A stretch of 64,000 bases of DNA, from contig CDROCS010001561.1 in NCBI GenBank assembly GCA_977020255.1, positions 62,001-126,000 on the forward strand, read 5' to 3'. The translations under genes were made by a program, and so were the position numbers. This DNA comes from Obrimoposthia wandeli (taxonomy: Eukaryota). This document shows positions 45,101-57,100 of the stretch, piece after piece; position 1 is the stretch's first letter; every line of letters starts with the position of its first letter. Below the pieces are notes generated by a model. It was not told the DNA's origin. It ran no database searches and was given only the letters and a program-made list of their open reading frames with translations.

Positions 45101-48100
45101 CATTTATAAGAATTTGACATAATGTTCACCGTATTTTAATCATCATTCAAATCGGTTATCTGGAAAAGAATTTTTTTAAATATTAATTTTTAAAATTTTA
45201 ACTTTTACTGAAATTTTAAAACTTGAGCTTTTTAAGTTGTTTTCTAAATTTTGCACTAAATTGTTGCTTATGATAAAATGTACACAAATATTATATTTAA
45301 ACTATTTAAAAAAGTTTATTTTGAGAATTTTAGTGAAACTTGATTAAAATTATTGATGTATCAGCGAGAATATTGTTATTAATAGTCTTCAAGTAATCTG
45401 AATAAATTATGACTAAGATAAATATATGCTCTAAACTTTATTAGTAAATGTTATCAACACTTATAAATAATGAATAAAATAGGTTTAAATGACTCGATTT
45501 ACAGTTAAGAGAAAGAGGATATAAACATAATTTATTCCATTTCTAGTCCTGATGTAATAATTTCTAAGAAATATGTTACAATATACAAATACAGTATTGA
45601 TATCTAATACTTACTAATGACAATTTAATTAAAAACTTCTTATGTATTACTTAATATTACTTAAATAACATAATCTTCAAAGTAGTATCAACAAGGATAG
45701 TATCAACAAGGATAGTAATATAATTTTATCAATTTTAAGTAACAAAACTTTTACAAATAAAAACTTTACAAAAGAAAGTAGAAAAGGAAAACAGTTACAA
45801 AATTTTAATAAATTGTTAAAAAAAACTTTTACAAAAAAATTAGATGAAATTTTAAGAAAAATAAATTTTAAAGAAGTAATTTAAAAAATTAAAAATTTGT
45901 GAATCGTTTTTAAATTGAATAAAACTTTTAGTTAAACGAATAAGATGCCTATAAAAATTGGAATTTAAAAAAATATATTTTAGAATAATTTGTTTCTCGC
46001 TAATTGACTGTAATAAACTCTCACTAATTGACCGTAATAAACTCTCACTAATTGTCAGTAACAAAGTCTCTTTAATGAACTATCAGTAGCTTTATAACAC
46101 AGAGGAAATATTTAAATATGTTGAAGATATTACAGAGAAATCCTTGAAATATTCAATGCTAAAAATGACATTAAAATCTAACTAAAATCGATGAAAATTG
46201 AACTTTTTTGCCTCTAAATTTACATTATTCTGAAAAATTAAAATCGATCAAATATAACTATAAAATGATCAACTATTCTCTCTATACTTTTCCTTGTTCC
46301 GAAAGACACATCGCCCTACTGGTATTGGTAATCAATGTGATTTGGTCAAATATGGAGTGATACAAAGATCATTTTTACAGTTTTATTCAAAGTTCTTTGC
46401 AATGTTTAATGAATTATTTGATTGGCTTATTAGCAATGAATTTTGTATATCAAGTCTTGCAGCTGTAATTGCATGTGCTAAAATTTTCTTGATATCTATA
46501 TCTATGAATTCTTGTCATATTTTCTTTCAAATGGATCTTTAATACATTAACTATCTTGTTTTTAACATAAGATATACAGGGTAATTTCTAAATAGTAATA
46601 CAAATTTGAATGGTGATAAAATAAAATAAATGTCTTACTTTATCAATTTTTAGGAACATTCGACAGATAATTCGATTTTAATCTAAATATTTACCTTTCA
46701 ATTAGTATGAAAAGAAAGCAATATGGTGTCTACATATCTTTAAATGAAATAATAAAGACTAGTATATAAATACAATTTATCTTCTCCAACAGATCGTTCA
46801 GTTTCAAAAAGTGAGGATGAACTTAAAGAATTATTATTCGAAATCCGCAACTTTGAGCAGTTAACTTTAGTATTTGCTAAAAATAAACGCTGGATGCGTA
46901 TGCTCAATTCTTTAATATTATTGCACTTTCTTACTGCCAATGGCAAACTATTATAAAGTTTGTATACATACACCCGGAAAATATGGTTTTATATTTGATA
47001 TAGATATTTAAATTACCACTCATCTTTTATCGTAATTTCTTTTCAAATTAATAGTACTTGGAATTTCAATCTCTAGAAGTTGATGCAAATACGGAGGTGA
47101 CTTTAAAACTTTTTTAGAAAAGCAGTCAACTCCCGATAATCCGAACTTTAAAAAAATAATTAGTTTCGGACAGCGTGTTTTTCGGATTACAGGGTTTTTC
47201 CTGAAAATGAACATAGATGCAGATATGCACATATTCATTCAATTATTTTCGACAAATTCATTCAATGTAGTTTGCCCAATGTTTTTTATACGCAATTCTT
47301 CGATATTTTCTTTCATTTCGGTCAAATGGTTTCTTAGATCTGGATGAAATCTTACTGAAACTTTATGTTATTTAAATAATCGACAATAACTTCAATTGCA
47401 TTGTACACATCTTTGACAGGAACTCCTGCTTCAACAATATCGCTATTGCCAACGTCATCATCACAGTTTTTTCTAGTTTTATCCGAAGAAATAAGTTGAA
47501 TAATTTCCTCGACGGTTATGTTGTCACCAGTTTTTGCATCAACAGTTTTTAGATCATTTATATATTTTATGGATGGATACAAACCATTGAAAATCGAATC
47601 AAATTCTTTTTTGATGAATATTTCTTCTGATTCTATACCACCAGTTTACCAAAAACAATTGTTAATTGTCTCTGGTTTTACTTTTCTCCAAGAAAGATAA
47701 ATTAAGAAAATTGTTTTTTTGACATCCACATGATACTCTGCATCTCTGTCTAAATGAGCCATATATTCTTGAACTAATAATAACTTAATTTTTTTGTTCT
47801 AATCGGTTGTAAACGTGTTGTAGTATTTTTTGGCAGCATGATAATGTCGAATTTTGAATATGTTTGTGTTGTTCTATGCGGAGGAGCACTGTCAACTAAA
47901 AGGGTTATTTTTCTTTTATAAATGAATAATTCGTCGTTCAAATGTGAGAAAAATTGTCATACATCACTGATGTCATAAACAAACTTATTAACATCAACAA
48001 ATTTTAAACTTCTTTTTGTGTTACCTATCATAAAGGTTTTGATCTTAATTGTTCCACTTGTGTTTGGACATAGAGCTGCAGTTATTCTACGTTTTTAAAT

Positions 48101-51100
48101 TTGATACCCTTTCTGTACTTATCAGATATGGAGTGCGAACGGAATGCTTGATAGAATAAACCCGTCTAATACATGTTTAATATAGTGTCTGGATCAATAC
48201 CATTTAACACGTCTAACAGTTTCTTTCTTCCTGATTGATCATCTTCAATGGAAGTAGAACTTTCTTCACCATAAAGAATTCTTTTCTTGACGTTATGACG
48301 GCACTTAAACCGATATAGCCACCCATTTGAATAGGCAAAATCACTAATACATTTTTCGTTGGCAAAATATTTGTCATTTTCAACGATAATCTCGTCATTT
48401 ATAAAGCCATTAGTAGCATTCATTAATCCAATCCAAGCTGTGAGAGCAACTTCTAAACTTTCAATTTTCGGATTACTTACTCTTGTAATCATTTTTCCTT
48501 CGTAATTCAGGCATTTTTCAAAATTCTTTATGATGTCCGATATTGTAGAAATACCCAAATTGATTCCATTTTCTCTCTAAATTAATGATCTAATATCTCC
48601 AATCATCCATTTTATGTTTTTCAATTTCAGTTTACATATTTTTGACTTGATGTTAGAGTGCTGAATGCAATGAAAACATTTTGGAGGTCTACCAATGAAT
48701 ATCCGTCAGAGGAAATGATAGAGTTTGATAAGAAATGTATTTTGGATGTTGCAAATGATCTTTTATTTGCGATAACTCTTTTTCCCCATTAAAACTTATA
48801 ATAATGATGAATCTTACAGTCTTGACTCTGACAGTGATTCTTCTGACGAATCGGAAACTGATTCAGAGTAACAAATAGAAACGAACTAAGAAAATGTAAC
48901 TAAATATATTTTTTTACAAATTTTGTTTTTATTGTAATTATTGAATATTGTAAATTATCAAATTTAGTTTTATATTTTTGAATTACTTTATTGATTTTGA
49001 CAATTCTAGCATTGAAAACAAAATATTTTATATAATTTATTTCAAACTTTCGCATTTGAAATATTCTAATAAAGTTACGTTAAAACAAACAAAGTGTATG
49101 AAGTTTCTAAATTGAAACTTACATACATAGTTTCAGATTTCACTATGTTTTAGCATTTACATTCATTTTAAAGGAAAATAATTATTTTAAAGTCGATACA
49201 GTGACATTGATTTAAATTAAATTTATTATTTATCTTTTATTTTGTGACTTTTGCTTGTAATGGTGTAATGTTCACCACCAGAAATCGAAAACAAACGAAG
49301 TATTTTACATACATTTCAGAAAAAAAGTTGATAATTATATTTAACATTCATTTTAAACGGAACTATTTGTGTTAAAATCGATAGGGGTATTAATTTTGAA
49401 GATAAAAATAATCATTTTTAAATCGTTAAATGCAAATTTATTCAAATTATTAAAAAAATACATTACATTTTGTGAAGATTTGAAATTTTTAAATAATGCA
49501 TTAAAATCCAAAATAAATCATTTTAAGTCTCTGACTTCAAACTGATAAAGCTATATACAAATATAGATATTTTTTAAATATTGAGTATTAATAACCACGA
49601 TTGACTTTTTTTCCTAGTAAAGAAAACATTGACGCTCACAAAACTGAAAAAGTAAATTTCTGCACTCCGCTCCTCGGTCGTTGCTCCCTCGTAAATTCAA
49701 AATCACCTCGTACTGAAAATTGATACTTTTCTAGTGTCATGTAAACTATCATGTTTTAGTTTGAAAGTACACGAAATTTCTTTCTCGATTACATCGCAAA
49801 CTTCACAAAATTTAAATAGAAATGATTTTGTGTCAATAATAAAACTATTTTTCATCTGCAGACGCTGAAAAACATCTTGGAGTCTAAGAGGCCATTAGAG
49901 CATCTAGATGAAGAGACAATGATGGATCTAGTTCCGTCTCTGCAGTTGTCTTCTGCTCGAATCAGCAACAACATGAAGTCGTTAAATTTAGATTTACATT
50001 CAAAAACGGAGTATCGTTTGCTACAGAATGTTCTTGGTAGATATGGCCAAGTTATACCAGGTTGGCGAATTGCTGAATGCTAGTTTAATTGAAAGATTGT
50101 TGTAAAATGAACCCCATAACATTGCGTAACAGATAATAACTTTCATTTTTTTTTTAACGAAATAGCATATTTTCAGTCTAAATTTGGTGGCTTAATTCAA
50201 AAAATAGTTCACCTCGTCAAGATTTTGATATATCGATATGGTTAGAAACACAGTTTTTACACAAAGTCATGATATAACAATTTGCAGATGACGAGTAATT
50301 GAGATGTGCATTAAACTGCGAATAGTGTCTAACTCGATACGGACAAAAACAAATATACTTTATACCACTAGTCTCGAGAAAGTAAAATCATAATATGATT
50401 TAAATTTCACTGACTTTATTTTCGATTAGAAAGTTCGATGTTCACTGAGCAGCTGCTTTGACCATGTGTCCGTGTCTTGCCAGGCTCAAAGCTACCTCCT
50501 ATGGTTCGTCTGGACCTGGCAGCCGTGAGCACCGTTCTTCTGAACCACAAGCTGCCTCTCAACTTCCTGGTGTATGCTAGTCCCGGCCTCAAGCGAGCCT
50601 CCTCGGATGAGTACTGGCGCCACATACTCATTCAGCGCTGTCCACTCGTGGTCCAGCTCAACTTTGGCTACTCAACGACCATCACCAAAAGTCAGGAGAA
50701 TGGACACCAGCTCAATGGTCTGCGCCGACCTTTAGAGTAAGTAAAATTTGCAACCCCAAATAATTTCCTATTTTTTACTTTATATTGTTTCTGTGCAAAC
50801 CTGTATATGTAATTCAGTTTTTCACATATATCCGTGAGTTTTAGCAATCCCAACCGTATTTTACTGCTTGTATGTACTATTTTAATCCGGTGAAAAATCA
50901 TTTTTCAAATAATATTTGATGTTTAACTGTTTAAGTGCAATGGAAATGACGTAATGCTAAAATCAGAACAAAGTCTATGTATAGTTTTCCAGGAATTACA
51001 TACTGCGCGGGACTGTGACTGGCTGTCCGAATGTTGCTACTACATAGAAGAAAATATAATGAGATTATTTAGTAACTTAATTTGATTTCCTGACGACATT

Positions 51101-54100
51101 TATCATTTAGTTTTCTATTGTGGCTAAGCATGACAATAGAAATGAGAATGGAATAATTTTTAATTGTTGAGAAAACCCTTCTATCAAGAAAAAAGATATT
51201 GCTTCACGTTTTCATTTCAAGCAGAAAACATGTAGTGATTTTCTTTTTCAACAGTTCAGCGGTGTACGTTTATCATATATGCTCACAAACTGGTTAGTAC
51301 TACATAATTAAACATTGCACAAGAATCCTTACTCGCCCAATCAGTTACATTTGACAACAAACGTATAAGTGAGCACCAATCTTTACAATTGGACAATTTA
51401 CTCTTAATATATTATTCAATATATGCAAAGAAAAATTCGATGTAGCCAAAATTCCTTATAACCGAAATCTATTGTAATTTTATTTTAAATGTAAAATTTT
51501 CATGTTTACGCATCTCAGATTGGTTCAAATTATAATTTTCTGATTCTTCACTGTTCAATGTGTAACAATGAGCAAGAACAAAAAATACGAGTGTATATGA
51601 GTAAGTAGGTATGTGGTCTCTAAGTCCCTCTATGGTCCCTTAAGTATCTTATTTTCCCGGTTATATATGCTATATTTTTCCTATATGTTCTTCAGTGTGT
51701 TCTTCAATTCTTTAGGACTGTATATTTGGTCTGATCTTGGTCAGACATTTGAGGGTGAACCTATAGGGGTCAAAAAATATATTTATACTTTTTAATAGGA
51801 ATTGAAATGCACTTGGTTTCACCTTCATAAAACCTTCAAAAATTATTACATATGTCTAAAACCTTCAAAATTTTAATTTTTCTACTTTCAAAAGTTTTAT
51901 TTGATAAGATTTGGTCTTGAAGGTCAACTTTCAAGGGTACAAAACTTTCAAATATTATTACAATAGTATAAAACAGTTTTTTTCTACTTTTTGAAGGCCA
52001 AATGCACTTGGTCTGAATCTGATTAGACCTCCGAAAATCAATATAAAAGGGTACACAACATTCTTTTTTTTAATTTAAAAAAAAAATAATTATAAAACAA
52101 TTTTAAAAAAATAATTAAATTTTCCACAAAATATTATAAAATTAAAAAAATAGCCTTCAAATTTAAAATGTTTTACATTCCTTGTACTTTTTTTTTTTTC
52201 ATACGTTATTTATGTTTTTTTTAATTTTAACTTCGTACAAAACTTTCTGTTGTAAAATCTTTTTGTTCTAAAATCTTTTGTAAAAACATTTTGTTGGTAA
52301 ATCTTTTTGTTGTAAAATTTTTTTTCAAATACTTTTTGTTAAATCTTTGTAAAATACATTTTGTTATAAAATCTTTTGTTAAAACTTTTTTTTGTAAAAA
52401 CCTTTTCTTATAAAAACTTTTTAAATCCTTATTATTCATTGTATACGAAAATTACACAATAAAGACAAGAACATTTTCTAAAACTAAATATTTGACATAA
52501 GAACAATAAAAATGTGTTTACTAAAATCAGTCAGGATGCAAATAATGTCCATATGCAACTGACTCGTTCTTGCTAATCCATTTTTTCTTGTTTTCGTAGG
52601 CATTTAATGCGATCTTGGAAGAGACTATGGTAAACAGCTGATGATTGAGGGACTGGAACCGGCGTATTGGATTCGCTGGCTTTCTCCAGTATTGTAGACC
52701 TTCATATGTGTTTCGTGCTTTATATTGATCTGCTTGATGCTCACTCTCTTACCTTTCATGGATTCTGAACTCTTCTCTGCCAGCATGCTATATGTTTTAG
52801 CGTATAGATATATACATTCGCTAAAAATCCTAACCCCTTCACTTTCATCCTTAAACTTACCTATAGCAGTTTTCACTCTAGTATATAGTGGATGAGTTTT
52901 TTTGGAACTTTGACGTATTTAATAATCCATTTGCTATCATAGCCGGTAATAGTTGACCGAGGACATCGATATTTTGACAGTTTAAGAAGAAACTGTCAGT
53001 GTCACCAGCCAGTACTCGGATATCTCGGATAAATAATACCGTAACTAAATCGTCGTCTATCTCAATCGATTTCCTAAATTTAACCTTGCTAGTATAAGTC
53101 ACTAATCTTGATCCCTAACTCGGTCATCAGCACCCATAGCTCCATGACACAAGAAACAAGTTGCAGCCAAACGAAAACTACTTTTTTGTGTCCGTGTCAG
53201 TGGATTCATTCTCGCCACTACATGTCATTTATACCATGGCAAAAAAGTGAACATAGCAAAATTTTCTATCTGAGTTAAAAAGTGAATAACACAATCAGGT
53301 CCGGTTAAACTGTGATTGCGTTGCCTTTAGGGCTGAACAGAAAATTCCCGCAGCAGTTGGAAGGAGTTTTGTGCATATTGATGATGCAGAGGTAAAATTG
53401 ACTCAAAGTCAAGTCGGTGAATTAGAGACCATATCTACCTACTTAAATGCACTTAAATCAAACTGAGTGCATAACTGATCATTGGATCACTCTGGATGAC
53501 GTGACGCTGTTGTTACCCATCTGTGAGGATGTAGCATTGGATGTGTGTTGATTGGTGTGTATTGTATTGTTTCTGTTGCCATGTGGCAAAATTATTATTC
53601 ATATACAATAATCATTAAATTGATTATTGATTGATTAATGAAAATCTGAATTTAAAATGTTTCAAATACAAACCATTTGTTATTCTGATTTTAGTGACTG
53701 AATTAATTGTGGAAAGTAAACCTACCACCATTTCAGGATCCTGATGGAGAAGAGCGTAGACCTCAACAAGTGTCTTAATCTACAGTGTGTGCGCATCAGC
53801 GAAAGTCCCACCTCCGAGACTAGCCACCGGGTTCTGTTGCTCCGCTGCACCACCAGCTTCAGTTCGCTCAACAAAGACAGCCTCGCCGTTCTTCTCAATG
53901 TGAGTGGACATCAAGTACCAAAGGGTCATCACGGTATCTGAAATCTTCTGCACTATTTGTAGTACAAAAATAATTGTTGACATGAAGATGTGACTAATTT
54001 CTACTCGAATATTTTTCTTTAATTCGTTTAAATCAATAATATCACGTTTAGAATTTTTAGTATTTAATAAAATTAAAATAACTTTGTGATAAATGAGGTA

Positions 54101-57100
54101 TGATAACAATATCAGTATCAATATGAAACATATCATTGATTAAATGTGATTATCATTTATTTAAATACATTTATTAAACAACGATTTAAAGATTTCATTA
54201 TTTGGTTGCTCGCGGTCACTGAATATCGGTTTTGGAATCTCAACAGTTTTGTGACAATTTAGTTTCTCCCTAATACGGCGAATTGAATGAAAAAAGATAT
54301 ACCGGTATCATTTGTTTTGATCTACTAATGTTCTAAAGCGATTGTTTTGAAATACACGTTGGTTGCCGTATAAAATGGAAAATAAACCTGAAGACAGTCA
54401 AATCAAAGATAACATTTTTTACCCTAATTATCTTTTGATTAAAGCTGACATTTTACATTTAACTTTCCTCCAAGCAAAGAATAGAAATTCTTTAAAAATC
54501 GATGACCGAAATGCAAACTTTAACCGTTAATCATCACAGTGAAAATAAAAACTGATATTCATAAAGTTTGAGGGGTCTATCTTATTATTTCTTACTTTGA
54601 AAAGGTTGTGTTATGTTCTTTTGAGATAGTGCTAGGAAGTGCAGGATTCAGAAATGTGGGGAATCCCTGATTTACACAAAATGTGTGTGATCAAAACACT
54701 TCTCATGTTATTGATTTTCTCGTAGTTTAAATATTTAAATTTCATGTTCATATTGATTAATTTATGTGTGTTTTTAACAGAGGTCAAAGTATGCCCATGG
54801 CAAATGTGTCTAGATACATTGCTGTAAAGTGTTGGTGTTCATTCTGATTTGTCTGTTCACAGGTTCTCAATATCGCCAGTGCCATCAGCCGCAACGTCAG
54901 CAACGGTCACACAATTTGCCTCAGTCCCAGCATCATTGATGCCCGAGTCGGCATGGCGATGGTGCTGTTTGGCACCGTCCATCTCTTCAATCGAGACGAC
55001 AACCCGCAACCGTCATCTGGCCCAGCTCCCATCATGAATAGTCATGTGAGTTTAAATGTTTACACAATAAAACAACGGTATTTTCAAAATCAGTAAATAT
55101 TATTTTTATTTATTTCGGATTACTTCATTGATTTTTTATTTATTGATGATTGCAACAACGCTTTTCTGAATCCCGAACCTCACATCACATTCACCCAAGC
55201 GTAAACTAAATTTCATTTCTCTATTCACCAAATCCTTCTCCTTCAGACTATCGTTTATCATCTCTTCCACAAGGTCATCAGTCAAAGACGTGATTGGCTA
55301 CCGTCAGAGGTGAGGATACTTTCATTTTCTTAATCCTTTTTTACCGTGACGATAAAAGGAAAATTACTATTTACATTGTAATAGATACTGTAAACTACTA
55401 GATACTGTTTTACAAAATAGTGGCGGAACGATATAGAAACGATGAATTGTGTGGAATGCATTTGCAATGCTATTTTCTGATATCTCCATCAGGATTTACC
55501 CTAAAGCCTAACAAACCACGCACATAATTGTAAATGAATGATGTTGATAGATTTGGATTGGCATATAACAGTAGATGTGTGTTTTTTTAATTCGGTTGGC
55601 ACAAGCATCTCAAGTATAGTGGTGCTCTAACTTCAGATACTTGGTTTTTTAAACATTTTGAGTTAAACCCTCTTCTACTTAAATTTGATTGAAGTCATCA
55701 AATGCCTAAAATTGAGATTCTCGCTTCTGATCCCTATCGCTCGATAGCTACCATACATTTTCCTATATAAATTTCCTATGTATATATAACAAAAAAGTAT
55801 TTTTGGGTCTAAACCACGAAACATTCCAAATAAAGTTTTAATGATTTTGGTACCTAACCAATTTATTGCATTATCAACTTCGTGATACTTTTAATTCAAA
55901 GTGTACATCCTGGAGAAATGTATCTAGAATGAAGGGTACTCAATTTTAGTATTTAAACCCCCTAGGAAAGTATCCTAAAAACATAGTGATGGTGGAGGGA
56001 AAATTGGGACTTGCCTTGTGATCTTAGATCGCTATAGTTGCAAAACATTATGTAAAACTAAAAAACCGTATGACAAAATTAAAATATAACAAATGAACCA
56101 TATATACAGGGTGTCCCATAACGAATTACCCATGTTAAAAAATATTATAAAACGATTATAAATTCGATCAAAATCTTCAAGATTTTTAACTTTGCATGGA
56201 GTATATATTTGCTACACATCCTTATTGTTTCGTTTTACTATATTAATTTTATCAATAAGATATGGCGCCAGAAACAAAACGTGCCCAAATTGTTGCATTA
56301 AAAAATGCTGGAATTTCTAACAGTGATCTAGTAAAGCAGCTGGGTGTGTGTCGCAAAACTGTTTTCAACGTCATAATGCACGAAATTTCGCTTGAAGTGC
56401 ATTTACCACAGATTATTACCAAACATCGATGGCAAGAGACATTCGTTTTATTGAGACAAGTGTAGCATTGATTCCACTTCAAGATTCTGGAAATTCCTTC
56501 ATTTTCCCGCCTACGATATTCTTCAGTGGGTGCCTTACATAAAAGATCAAAGAGGAATTATCTTCAACTGATTTGAGGTGCTGGTGATTGCTTATAAAGG
56601 ATACATGCATTAGTACCACCCCAAATGACATAGATTATAAATTATAGCAAGGGGCAAATGACGTAACAAATAAATCAAATTCAAGAATACAAAATCTTTT
56701 TCGACAAATCAAAACATTTTGAAAATAATATCAACAACAACAATTTATGTAGATAAAGAAATCGCTGACATATCCGACGATTTAGGTTCTTCAAAAAATG
56801 TATCGAATATGGATCAGTATCATCATTAATATCTACTTGAAAAATATTTTCGTCTTCAAATTCATTTTCTGTCTCTTCTTCACCTGAGTTGTCCTCGGCA
56901 TTGCTTTTTCCAAAAGTTCTTTGATATTGTAATGTTTTGCCTATTTTATTTCATTAATTAAGTTTAAATATGCAATAGTGGTCAAAATGACCGCTTGGGC
57001 AGTTAAACAGTATGATCAAATATACCTATAAAAATAAGGATAACTGTAAAAATATACGTTTATATAAAATCCCCATTAAAATTGAGTGAAGGTTTTTTAA

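Noticed and set aside
45680-52430. Short tandem repeat arrays that might suggest a CRISPR-like locus
   Set aside because: No unique spacers, no cas genes, eukaryotic context; they are ordinary minisatellite or transposon-internal repeats.
53341-53391. Symmetric 51-nt candidate cassette exon (KFPQQLEGVLCILMMQ)
   Set aside because: The direct 50736-to-53737 join already matches canonical PTP spacing, so nothing requires this exon; RNA-seq could revive it.
53780-54136. 118-aa minus-strand ORF
   Set aside because: Half is antisense of a PTP exon and half is AT-rich low-complexity intron.
28346-55309. GC-rich islands as possible bacterial or contaminant inserts
   Set aside because: They have GT-AG boundaries and splice in frame into metazoan FERM, PDZ and PTP domains.
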